Source: Candidatus Micrarchaeota archaeon
GTDB taxonomy: Archaea > Micrarchaeota > Micrarchaeia > Norongarragalinales > Norongarragalinaceae
Assembly: GCA_016207165.1 (NCBI GenBank)
Contig: JACQQD010000008.1
Location: 14,602 to 78,601, forward strand
Length of the DNA: 64,000 bases
Direction: 5' to 3'
Numbering within the stretch: position 1 is the stretch's first letter; every line of letters starts with the position of its first letter. A model generated the notes under the pieces. It saw only the letters and a program-made list of their open reading frames with translations. It was not told the origin of the DNA and did no database searches. The position numbers and the translations under genes were made by a program. Shown here piece by piece: positions 56,005 to 64,000 of this stretch.

Positions 56005-57762
56005 TTAATGGCTTGCGGGGTGGTCCGGCGTGTGGGTAGCGTGGTGTTGGACGGCGGCGGCCACAAAGGCTTTGAAAAGCGGTTGGGGGGAAAGCGGGCG
56101 GGACGTGAATTCGGGATGGAACTGGACGCCGACGAAGAAGGGGTGGTTGGGCAATTCCAGGATTTTCATGATGGGGTGCTTGGGGTCTTTGCCGGAAAAA
56201 ACGATTCCGCTTTTTTCGAATAACTCGATGTATTTGGGGTTGCACTCGTATCGGTGCCGAAAGCGTTCGCGAATCGACGTGGCGCCGTAGTATTTTTCGG
56301 CCAGGGTGTCCTTGACGATGTGGATGTTTTGTCCGCCCAGCCGCATGTTGCCGCCCAGCCCCTCTTTCTCTTTTTGTTCCGGCAGAATGTCGACGACGTC
56401 TTCCTTTGTCTCGGGATCGATTTCCGTGGTGTTCGCGTTTTTCAGGCCCAAGACGTTGCGGGCAAATTCCACCAGAGCCATCTGGAAGCCGTAGCACAAG
56501 CCAAAGTAAGGGAGTTTTTGTTCGCGGGCGTGCTGGATGCACAGGATTTTGCCTTCCGCGCCGCGCGCGCCAAAGCCTCCGGGCACGATGACGCCGTCAA
56601 CGCCTTCCAGTGTTTTCGCGGCGTCCTCCCGTGACTTGATTTTCGTTGTTTCCACCCACTCCACAATGACGTGGGCGTCATTGGCCGCTCCGGCATGTTC
56701 CAAGGCGTTCAGGATGGAGGCGTACGCGTCGTGCAGGCCCGTGTATTTTCCGGTGATGGCGATTTTGATTTCGGTTTTCGGGGACTTGATTTTTTCTTCG
56801 AATTCCTGCCAGCGCGCCAACGCCTTTTCCTGGGTCTTGAGTTTCGCTTTCAGCTGCAGGATATCGGTGACGGCCGCGTCGGCGCCGGCTTGCTTGATGG
56901 CCAGGGGCACGGCGTAAATGCTTTCCGCGTCCGGCAAACTGATGACTCGGTCCAGCGGCACGTTGGAGAAAATCGAGAGTTTCTCGCGGATTTTTTCGGG
57001 GATGGGTTCGTGCGACCGGCAGACCACCAAATGGGGTTGGATGCCCATGCTCATCAACTGGCGGATGCCCAGTTGCGCGGCCTTGGACTTGTGTTCGCCC
57101 AAGGAATCGGGTTTGAGGATGTACGTGACGTTAACGAAGCAGGAATTGCCGGGGCCCTCCTCGTACGCCATTTCGCGAAGCGCTTCAATGGCGTAGCTGT
57201 TTTCGATGTCCCCCACGGTTCCGCCCACTTCGATGAGCACCACGTCGGCTTGCGTCTGTACCGCCAGGGTGCGGATGAAGGACTTGATTTCCCCGGTGAC
57301 GTGCGGAATGAATTGCACGTCGCGGCCGAGGTATTTGCCGTCGCGTTCGCGTTGAATGATTCCGGAGAACAGTTTTCCGGCGGTCAAGTAATTTTGTTTC
57401 GAAAGCTCTTGGTCCAGGAAGCGTTCGTACGTGCCGAGGTCCATGTCGCATTCCGTGCCGTCGTCCAGGACAAAAACTTCTCCGTGGCGGTAGGGGTTCA
57501 AGGTGCCGGCGTCCACGTTCAAGTAGCCGTCGAACTTCATGGCCTCGACTTTCAGCCCCTGGTCCTTGAGGAGTTTGGCAAGCGACGCGGAAAAAATGCC
57601 TTTGCCGACTCCTGAAATCACGGAGCCGGTGACGATGACGTACTTGGTCTTCCCGAATTCGTAGTTTTTGGGGATGGGGGTGTAGAATTCGTGTTCGTCG
57701 GTTTTCTTTGCGAGGCTCTTGATGAGCTGTTCCTGTTCGGTTTGCTCTTTTTTGGCGATCAT
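56005..57762 (-). CDS. pyrG: CTP synthase with N-terminal extension
   Basis: SGVGKG, YLNVDAGTLNP..HGEVFV, GGTVGDIE, GLCYGFQ, ERFRHRYE, QFHPEF. Confidence 0.97.
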   Translation of the reverse strand: MIAKKEQTEQEQLIKSLAKKTDEHEFYTPIPKNYEFGKTKYVIVTGSVISGVGKGIFSASLAKLLKDQGLKVEAMKFDGYLNVDAGTLNPYRHGEVFVLDDGTECDMDLGTYERFLDQELSKQNYLTAGKLFSGIIQRERDGKYLGRDVQFIPHVTGEIKSFIRTLAVQTQADVVLIEVGGTVGDIENSYAIEALREMAYEEGPGNSCFVNVTYILKPDSLGEHKSKAAQLGIRQLMSMGIQPHLVVCRSHEPIPEKIREKLSIFSNVPLDRVISLPDAESIYAVPLAIKQAGADAAVTDILQLKAKLKTQEKALARWQEFEEKIKSPKTEIKIAITGKYTGLHDAYASILNALEHAGAANDAHVIVEWVETTKIKSREDAAKTLEGVDGVIVPGGFGARGAEGKILCIQHAREQKLPYFGLCYGFQMALVEFARNVLGLKNANTTEIDPETKEDVVDILPEQKEKEGLGGNMRLGGQNIHIVKDTLAEKYYGATSIRERFRHRYECNPKYIELFEKSGIVFSGKDPKHPIMKILELPNHPFFVGVQFHPEFTSRPLSPQPLFKAFVAAAVQHHATHTPDHPASH

Positions 57763-57872
57763 GCACCCACGTTCCAACACAACGACTGGCGTCTAAGGCT
57801 GAAAGGGCTAAAAAATCCGTGCCTGTTATTCTTTTCGTGGCGGAAGTATTTAAGCGTTCACGTGGCCTTTTC

Positions 57873-58244
57873 TCACAAAAGCAACAGGACGATGAGCACG
57901 AAGACCAGCACGCTTTGGAGGCTGGTTCCGCCGGTCATGGCCGCCGCGGTTTCTGTCAGCGAAATGGGGCCGACCAGTCGATTGAACAGCTGCACGCCGC
58001 CAAGTCCCAATAAGACGATGATGACCCAGGGCAGGATGCCTAAGATGAATGCGATGATGCCAAAGACGATGTTGATTCCGACGATGGCTTTAAACACGTC
58101 CAGAAGCAGGCTCCAGGCGTAAAACGAGGCGCCGGTGCCGAAGCCGTTTTCGCCCAAGCCCATCAAGACGACGGTGGCGAACAGAAGCCCGTAAAACCAA
58201 AGAATCGGGCCTTCCAAGCGAAACACGGAATCCAGGATTCCCAT
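57873..58244 (-). CDS. Membrane protein
   Basis: About four hydrophobic helices; co-oriented after gatB. Confidence 0.65.
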   Translation of the reverse strand: MGILDSVFRLEGPILWFYGLLFATVVLMGLGENGFGTGASFYAWSLLLDVFKAIVGINIVFGIIAFILGILPWVIIVLLGLGGVQLFNRLVGPISLTETAAAMTGGTSLQSVLVFVLIVLLLL

Positions 58245-58265
58245 ACCACTATGCGGTGGTAACAA

Positions 58266-59645
58266 TCACTTTTTAAGGTTTTGGATGGTGGCTTTCAGTT
58301 TTTCTCGGACTTCGTTGGGTTGAAACCCTCGGTGGCGCTTGAGGAACTCGCCCAGCAAGAATTCCAGGGATTTTTCCTTGCCGGCAAGGTATTCCGAAAC
58401 GGCTTGGGGATTGGATTTCAGGACTTCCGCAACCAGTTCGTCCATCTCGCCTCCTTTCTGTGCGGAGAGAAAGTGCTGAATGGGTTTTTGATGGGTGACC
58501 ATTTCCTTGATGTATTCCTTGGCGGCGCGCTCCGTGATTTTTCCGCTGGACACGGCGGACAACAACGCATCCAGTTCCTGGACGGCCAGCGCTTTGTGCG
58601 GTTCCCAGATGCCGTGGTAGTTCATGCACTTGAGTAAATCTCCGCACACCCACTTCGCCAAAAACAGTTTGTCCGGCGTCTTCGAGGATTCAAAGTAAGG
58701 CGCGAGATTCTGGAAAACGAGCACTTCGGCGTATTGGGCGGGGACGAAATGGGAGAGGCGCCTCGTGGCGATTTCTGGGAGTTCCTTCATGGCGGAAAGC
58801 GTTTCCTCCAGGAATGCCTCGTCCAAGTACAGGGGGGGCAGGTCGGGTTCCACGATGTAGCCGTAGTCTTCTTCCTGTTCCTTGGTGCGCATCAACAGCG
58901 TGGTGTTGGTCTCTTCGGAGTAAAGCCGGGTTTGGCGTTCGACGTTCTCGCCGCTTTGCTTGGCTTTGCGCTGGCGGAAGAACTCGGCTTGGAGTGCCTT
59001 TTCCACGGCTACAAAGCTGGTGATGTTCTTGATTTCGACGCGCTCTCCGCCTGGAATGGATAGGTTCGCGTCGGTTTTCATGACGCGTTCGTTTTGTGCG
59101 TCAATGACGCCCAAATACGACAACTTCTTGAACAACGCCTCCAAGTACGCTTTGGCGTCCGCCGGACTTTTCAGGCAGGGGTCCGTCACGATTTCAGCCA
59201 GTGGCATGCCGGAGCGGTTGTAATCCAACAAACTGTACGTGCTGTTGGCCATGTTGCCGTGCGGGTACACGATTTGCGCGGGGTCCTCCTCCAAGTGCAG
59301 TCGCGTCAGCGTTACGGTAATTTTTCCGTTGACGTTCAGCGCGCCTTTTTCGGCCAAAGGCGAGTCGTATTGCGTGATTTGGTAATTCTTGGACAAGTCC
59401 GGATAATAGTACGTCTTTCGCGCGAACAAGCTTTTACGGTTCAACTGCATCCCCAAGGCGGTGGCGGCCTGGACGGCGAGTTTCACGGCTTTCTCGTTGG
59501 TTACCGGCTTTGAACCCGGCAAGCCCAAACAGATTTCGCAGGTGTGGGCGTTGGGCTCCGCGGGAGCGGTAGGGCAGCCGCAGAAAAGCTTGGTTTCCGT
59601 GTCGAGGGTGACGTGCGTCTCCAACCCGATTTTCATTTCACTCAT
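58266..59645 (-). CDS. gatB: Asp/Glu-tRNA amidotransferase subunit B
   Basis: IGLETH, KLFCGC, RKTYYYPDLSKNYQITQY, HLEED, DYNRSGMPL. Confidence 0.97.
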   Translation of the reverse strand: MSEMKIGLETHVTLDTETKLFCGCPTAPAEPNAHTCEICLGLPGSKPVTNEKAVKLAVQAATALGMQLNRKSLFARKTYYYPDLSKNYQITQYDSPLAEKGALNVNGKITVTLTRLHLEEDPAQIVYPHGNMANSTYSLLDYNRSGMPLAEIVTDPCLKSPADAKAYLEALFKKLSYLGVIDAQNERVMKTDANLSIPGGERVEIKNITSFVAVEKALQAEFFRQRKAKQSGENVERQTRLYSEETNTTLLMRTKEQEEDYGYIVEPDLPPLYLDEAFLEETLSAMKELPEIATRRLSHFVPAQYAEVLVFQNLAPYFESSKTPDKLFLAKWVCGDLLKCMNYHGIWEPHKALAVQELDALLSAVSSGKITERAAKEYIKEMVTHQKPIQHFLSAQKGGEMDELVAEVLKSNPQAVSEYLAGKEKSLEFLLGEFLKRHRGFQPNEVREKLKATIQNLKK

Positions 59646-60930
59646 GGGGTTGTTCTACCTGTCGTGCGACGTCGCTCAGTGTTTTTTCCTGGAAGTGATT
59701 TGTGATGATCTGGAGGCCGACGGGCAATCCGGAAACACGGCCGCAGGGAATGCTGGCATGCGGCAAGCCGGCGAGGTTGGGGGCGCCGGTGCAGATGTCC
59801 ATGGCGTAGTGTTCCAGGGGCGAGAGTCTTTCAATTTCCCGAAAACGCGGAGCCACGCATGGCATGGAAGGCGTGATGAGTGCATCGTATTTCTCAAAGA
59901 GTTTCTTGAATTCTCGGATGACCAAGGTTCGGACTTTCGCGGCTTTCTCGTAGTATTTTCCGCGGTAGCCGGCGGTGCGGGCAAACGAGCCCAAAATCAG
60001 GCGGCGCTTGGCTTCGGCGCCAAAACCCTGGGCGCGCACGCGGGAAAAGTATTCCGTGTACGTCTCGGATTCTTCGGGTTTCGGCTGGATGCCGTACCGC
60101 AGGCCGCAGTACTTGGCCAAGTTCGTTGACGCTTCGCTCATGGCCAACACGTAGTAGGCGTAGAGTCCGGGGTCCGCCAACGGAAACGGCGCCTCTTCCA
60201 CGGCGACGCCTTGGGCTTGCAGTTGGCCTGCGGCTTTTTGGCACTGTTTTTGGATGGATGCATCCGTCTTCTCCCAAATCGTCGTCAGCAACGCGATTTG
60301 GTTCGTGCGTTTTTTTTCCGGGAATGGTTTCGTGGTTGTCGCGTCTTTTTCGTCGGGTCCGGCCATGGCGTAAAGCAAGCGGAATGCGTCCTGGACGGTG
60401 GTGGCCATGACTCCGATTTTGTCCAACGAATTGGCGTAGTCAATCAATCCCCAGCGCGACACCCGCCCGTACGTGGGCGTCAACCCCACCACGCCGCAGA
60501 AGGCCGCCGGAGCCGTGATGCTGCCGCCGGTGGACTCCGCTACGGAGGGCATGCCGGTAAACGCCGTGAACGCGGCGGATCCCCCCGATGATCCCCCGGT
60601 GCAACGCAATGCGTCGTGCGGGTTTTTCGGGATTTTCTCGGTGTTGACGTTGAACGTCCCGAACCCGAATTCGTCCATTACGGTTTTGCCCGCCACCACG
60701 GCGCCTTGGTCGATGAGTCGTTGGACGCACGTCGCCGTAAAAGGCGGCACGTAGCCCTCCAAAATTTTCGAGCCGGCGCGCGCCGGCATGCCTTGCACGC
60801 ACAGGTTGTCCTTGACGGCGATGACCGTATTGGAAAGCGGACCCGACTTGGCGGGCCCTAGTTTTTCCGGGATGAATTGCATGCAGTCCAACTTCTTGTC
60901 GGCCTGCCGGGTTTTTTCCAAGGCGTTCAT
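59638..60930 (-). CDS. gatA: Asp/Glu-tRNA amidotransferase subunit A
   Basis: VKDN, GGSSGGSA, TGGSI..PAAFCG, PTYGRVSR, EASTNLAKYCGLRYG. Confidence 0.96.
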   Translation of the reverse strand: MNALEKTRQADKKLDCMQFIPEKLGPAKSGPLSNTVIAVKDNLCVQGMPARAGSKILEGYVPPFTATCVQRLIDQGAVVAGKTVMDEFGFGTFNVNTEKIPKNPHDALRCTGGSSGGSAAFTAFTGMPSVAESTGGSITAPAAFCGVVGLTPTYGRVSRWGLIDYANSLDKIGVMATTVQDAFRLLYAMAGPDEKDATTTKPFPEKKRTNQIALLTTIWEKTDASIQKQCQKAAGQLQAQGVAVEEAPFPLADPGLYAYYVLAMSEASTNLAKYCGLRYGIQPKPEESETYTEYFSRVRAQGFGAEAKRRLILGSFARTAGYRGKYYEKAAKVRTLVIREFKKLFEKYDALITPSMPCVAPRFREIERLSPLEHYAMDICTGAPNLAGLPHASIPCGRVSGLPVGLQIITNHFQEKTLSDVARQVEQPHE

Positions 60931-60937
60931 TCTGGGT

Positions 60938-61213
60938 TCACCGCATCATGCGGGGGCCTTTGAGGTACCCTTTCTCTTTCCGGCTATGGTTTCCGGTGGG
61001 GTTTGTGCAGGGTTTTGGTTCGTCCGGCCGCAGCCTCGGCGAAAGCGCCACGGGGTGATAAGATGGTTCAACGCCGTTGGTGTCGATTTGGTCCAACGCG
61101 TCAAAGGCTTTCAAGACATCTTGGAGTTGCTGGGAAAGAATTCGAATTTCTTTGTCGGAAAGCGCCAGGCGCTGGGCGACGGCTATGTTATTGATTTTTT
61201 CCTTTAAATCCAA
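60938..61213 (-). CDS. gatC: Asp/Glu-tRNA amidotransferase subunit C
   Basis: RLALSDKE..L..QL..VL..F..L..IDT.GVEP..HP...LRPDEP, GYLKGPR; TTG start assumed. Confidence 0.88.
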   Translation of the reverse strand: MDLKEKINNIAVAQRLALSDKEIRILSQQLQDVLKAFDALDQIDTNGVEPSYHPVALSPRLRPDEPKPCTNPTGNHSRKEKGYLKGPRMMR

Positions 61214-61350
61214 AATAATCCCCTGTAACGCCGAATTGAAGGAGTTCTCCTGTGGGCGTGTTGAAAGAAAAAGGTATTTGTTGGCCGCCGGCCACGCGGT
61301 AACGCGTGGCGGAAAAACCAAGGAGTCGACGCGGGCAATCGCATGGCACC

Positions 61351-61509
61351 ATGGCGGTGGCGGTCATGGTTTTGTTGGTGCCCGTGGTGCCGGTGGCGTA
61401 CTGGTTCACGGATCATCTCGCCCCCGTGTTTAACTGGTTTGAGGGCCCCCAGATTCTCGCGGCCACCGCCGTTTTGGCGTGGATGTTTTTCCAGAAGTTC
61501 CACTATTAA
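61351..61509 (+). CDS. Small two-helix membrane protein (tentative)
   Basis: MAVAVMVLLVPVVPVAYWF...ILAATAVLAWMFF. Confidence 0.4.
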   Translation: MAVAVMVLLVPVVPVAYWFTDHLAPVFNWFEGPQILAATAVLAWMFFQKFHY

Positions 61510-61605
61510 AAAGAGCGCCCGAGGTCAGGACTCGAAGGTCGCCCCAGGGGGCTCCGCCCCCTTGGCCCGACCTAGGCCTCGACCCCCGACTAGCTTTTTG
61601 AATCG
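61509..61605 (-). repeat. Stem-loop mini-element C plus duplicated tRNA-Asn 3' end
   Basis: 61509-61536 equals 61606-61632 except for one inserted base; shares AGGGGGCGGAGCCCCCTG with element B. Confidence 0.85.
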
Positions 61606-61612
61606 AAAAGAG

Positions 61613-61737
61613 CGCCCGAGGTCGGACTCGAACCGACGGCCTGCTGATTTCTGTGGATTCAATGAGTTTGCCGACGACCCAAAGTCGGCGGTTACGCTCT
61701 TAACAGTCAGCCGCTCTACCTGCTGAGCTACCCGGGC
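61613..61737 (-). tRNA. tRNA-Asn(GUU) with 52-nt intron at position 37/38 (intron 61649-61700)
   Basis: GCCCGGG/CTCGGGC-G acceptor; GCTGA-CT-GTT-A|A-TCAGC anticodon arm; GTCGG-TTCGAGT-CCGAC T arm; BHB central helix CTGT/ACAG. Confidence 0.95.
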
Positions 61738-61865
61738 TTTTATGCGGAATGGATTTGTCGGGCGTGTGCATTTTAAGGATTGCGTTTTGCGGCTAAATGG
61801 CCTTTGGGCGTTCAGGAAAACGGGGTTTCTTTCTGATGCGCCTACAGCAAGCCAAGAAAATAACA

Positions 61866-61891
61866 CGACAAAATAGTCCGGGTTTGCTATA
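61866..61891 (-). repeat. Copy of dispersed TATAGCAAwCCCGGA repeat
   Basis: Reverse complement TATAGCAAACCCGGACTATTTTGTCG is close to 3196-3222. Confidence 0.6.
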
Positions 61892-61917
61892 GACTGAAAA
61901 CCGATTCCAGAATGGAC

Positions 61918-61956
61918 GAAAAGAAAAAGAAAGAGGAAAAAGGGGGCTGCGCCCCC
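61918..61956 (-). terminator. GC hairpin plus T-rich tract ending the right-hand operon
   Basis: GGGGGCGCAGCCCCC followed by TTTTTCCTCTTTCTTTTTCTTTT, just after the stop at 61967. Confidence 0.65.
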
Positions 61957-61966
61957 AACGACGCGC

Positions 61967-62275
61967 CTAGTGGCCGATGATGACGGTACGCTTGGATTGA
62001 AGGGTGCGTTGCTTGCGGAACTCCTTGAGTTGGTAGAAGTACACGGCGGCCGACAAGGCCGGCACGGCCAGGACGAGGTTGACGAAGAGCAGGTAGATGC
62101 CTAAAACCGTTAGGGCCATGAAGTAAAAATTGAACCGCACGTACTCCTTCCACAACGTCAAAAAGCGCGCGATGTAGTCCCACCGCGTCGTCGCCCTCAG
62201 CATCGGTGCCTTGCTCTCGGTGACGGCCATCGAGAGCGTGACGCCGGGGTTGTGCTGGATTTCGTCGTGTGCCAT
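61967..62275 (-). CDS. Two-TM membrane protein, paralog family member
   Basis: PMLRATTRWDYIARFLTLW then TM hairpin; GGAGGTGA SD upstream. Confidence 0.8.
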   Translation of the reverse strand: MAHDEIQHNPGVTLSMAVTESKAPMLRATTRWDYIARFLTLWKEYVRFNFYFMALTVLGIYLLFVNLVLAVPALSAAVYFYQLKEFRKQRTLQSKRTVIIGH

Positions 62276-62280
62276 AATTC

Positions 62281-62403
62281 CTACTTCACCTCCAATTTAG
62301 CGAAGCGAAGGGCGGAGCGTTGCGATCGATGCAACGCATCGATCGCTTCCAACGCCGTGGCCTTCGCAAACTCTTTTTTTTCCATCTTGTTTTTTTCTTC
62401 CAT
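62281..62403 (-). CDS. Possible 40-aa ORF overlapping a long hairpin
   Basis: MEEKNKMEKKEFAKATALEAIDALHRSQRSALRFAKLEVK fills the operon gap. Confidence 0.35.
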   Translation of the reverse strand: MEEKNKMEKKEFAKATALEAIDALHRSQRSALRFAKLEVK

Positions 62404-62414
62404 GGTGTCGTTGC

Positions 62415-62879
62415 CTACTTGGCGTAGTACAGGGCCTTGCCCTTGAACCACGTCACGTTCCAGGGTGGCTCAATGAGGCGTTGCGACCAGAACAATCCGG
62501 TCAGAAACGCGAACGCCGCCGAGACGTACAAGTTGATGTTGTAGAAGAACACCATGAGGATGAACGCCACCACCGCCCAAAAGTAGAAGCGGTAGGCGGT
62601 GCCCAACCCGCCGCGAAACGAGCTGTCCAACAGTTCCGACAGGAATTTGGAACGCGTTTTGACGTGCATGGTGTGCACCGGCACTTCTTTCCCGCCTTCC
62701 TTCATGTTGCCGCCGCGTTGTCCAATGGGCACGTACATGTGGTGGAATTGCCGGGGGCCGGGTCCGTGGCCGCCTCCGCCATGCGCGTGCGGCGCGTAGT
62801 GGGCACTGCCGTGCGCCTTGACGTGGTCGCGCAAGTCCCTCGCGTTGATTCCGTGAATTTTTCCGTGTCCTTCGCTCAT
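62415..62879 (-). CDS. His/Gly-rich two-TM membrane protein
   Basis: His-rich N-terminus, HVKTRSKFLSELL, TM hairpin. Confidence 0.8.
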   Translation of the reverse strand: MSEGHGKIHGINARDLRDHVKAHGSAHYAPHAHGGGGHGPGPRQFHHMYVPIGQRGGNMKEGGKEVPVHTMHVKTRSKFLSELLDSSFRGGLGTAYRFYFWAVVAFILMVFFYNINLYVSAAFAFLTGLFWSQRLIEPPWNVTWFKGKALYYAK

Positions 62880-62880
62880 T

Positions 62881-63081
62881 TCAGCTCACACTCAACAGCC
62901 AGTAGATGACCGTGAAGACCACCACGGCATTGATGATCCAGTCCGGCAAAATCAAGCCGTGGTCAAACATGCCTGTTTTGAAGTCCGTCGGCCCGTCAAT
63001 GATTTTGACGAGGCCGAAGTCTTCCAGTAGGGACATGAGGTGGGTCTCCCACGGGGCATCCGGTTCCTCGTATTCAGCCAT
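62881..63081 (-). CDS. Small acidic protein with C-terminal TM
   Basis: 66 aa, tightly packed in the operon. Confidence 0.7.
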   Translation of the reverse strand: MAEYEEPDAPWETHLMSLLEDFGLVKIIDGPTDFKTGMFDHGLILPDWIINAVVVFTVIYWLLSVS

Positions 63082-63092
63082 TTTTTTCTACC

Positions 63093-63590
63093 TTAGTCCA
63101 CCAAGGTCAAGGTACGCGAGTACCCGAACTTTTTGGCGATGAAGTCGTACATCCAGGCCAACTCCTTGTGGCGTCCGGCCAGCATGAACATCAACAAGGC
63201 GCCGGGCGGAAACGTCTCCAACGTCAGCAACCCCAAGGCGAAAAACAAGATCGTCTGGATCTTGGACGTAATGCCCTGGCGCCACCACTCGACGTACTCC
63301 GCCAAATACTCCCAGCGCGTGAACTGCCGCAGGTTGGGCGGAAGAGTCCGCTCCACTTCCATGGGCATGTACGACACGTGCAAGTGCTCGCCGCCGCCAT
63401 GCGGCTGCCCGTCGCCGTGGCCCCCGCCGCTTTTTGGGGCGGGTTTGCCTTCGTTTTTGGCCTTGGCAGCCAAAAGCTCTTTCTCGGACTCCTCAAAGAT
63501 TTCTCCCACGTGGTGCGCGGGCGTGGCCGACTCCTCGATAGAGTGAAGCAGCGCGTCGCGCGGATCCCCGTGTCCATGGCTCACCTTCAT
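63093..63590 (-). CDS. His/Gly-rich two-TM membrane protein
   Basis: PNLRQFTRWEYLAEYVEWW then hydrophobic hairpin; GGTGA SD. Confidence 0.8.
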   Translation of the reverse strand: MKVSHGHGDPRDALLHSIEESATPAHHVGEIFEESEKELLAAKAKNEGKPAPKSGGGHGDGQPHGGGEHLHVSYMPMEVERTLPPNLRQFTRWEYLAEYVEWWRQGITSKIQTILFFALGLLTLETFPPGALLMFMLAGRHKELAWMYDFIAKKFGYSRTLTLVD

Positions 63591-63594
63591 TCAC

Positions 63595-63966
63595 CTACGT
63601 GCTTTCCAACAGGTACCGTTTCTTGTACAACTGGTTGATGTAGAAGTCCTTCTTGAGAAACTCGCCGTAACTCCAGGCCGCGCCCATGCCGGAAACCGCG
63701 GCCAACAGCGGGTTGGAGAACAAAAACAACACCGTGGCAATGCCTCCCGCTACGGACAGCGCCCGGTAGCCGTGGAATTCCCGCCAGTCCGTGATGCCTT
63801 TCGTCAAGAATTCCTGACGGCGCTGGACGTTGATGACGGGTTTGCCTTCTGTCGCCACCGGGGTGAACATGGTGGTCTGCTCAAACTCGGGATCGCTTGT
63901 TTTGCCGATAAACTTGGCTTTGTCGGCGGCCACGACCTGTTTGATGCTTTGGGCGTTGTGCGTCAT
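63595..63966 (-). CDS. Two-TM membrane protein, paralog family member
   Basis: PVINVQRRQEFLTKGITDW then TM hairpin with LFLFSNPLLA. Confidence 0.8.
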   Translation of the reverse strand: MTHNAQSIKQVVAADKAKFIGKTSDPEFEQTTMFTPVATEGKPVINVQRRQEFLTKGITDWREFHGYRALSVAGGIATVLFLFSNPLLAAVSGMGAAWSYGEFLKKDFYINQLYKKRYLLEST

Positions 63967-64000
63967 TTGAACCTGTACTACATACCTACTTCCTTATTTA

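Noticed and set aside
61291-61310. GCCACGCG-GTAA-CGCGTGGC tetraloop hairpin upstream of gatC
   Set aside because: A single 8-bp stem with no further structure or second copy is not enough to call an ncRNA.

Overview
Archaeal chromosomal window. The gene set and compact layout point to a DPANN, Micrarchaeota-like genome (inference). It is mostly housekeeping: pelota, deoxyhypusine synthase, htpX-lemA, the rnp4-S19e-L39e-L31e-aIF6-prefoldin-ftsY operon, elp3, gatDE, gatCAB, pdxST, GINS-L44e-S27e-aIF2a-nop10-PAC2, EndoQ, oapABC, guaBA and pyrG. There is also an acetyl-cycle arginine operon (argG-H-J-D-C-B) with a divergent ACT-domain gene, a type IV pilus locus with about 11 class III signal-peptide proteins, a RelE-type toxin-antitoxin pair, and two intron-containing tRNAs, Ile(UAU) and Asn(GUU). 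No rRNA, CRISPR, integrase or transposase was seen. Signals that the ORF track does not explain: (1) three related ~70-80 bp GC-rich stem-loop modules, each between a gene 3' end and a near-copy of that end carrying a 1-2 nt insertion; (2) two paralogous 27-29 aa NYPGFQ membrane microproteins in the arg operon; (3) an operon of divergent, partly His-rich two-helix membrane paralogs at the right end; (4) tandem pilins sharing an identical 90-bp 5' block but with divergent heads. All calls come from motif recognition by eye; no database search was run.
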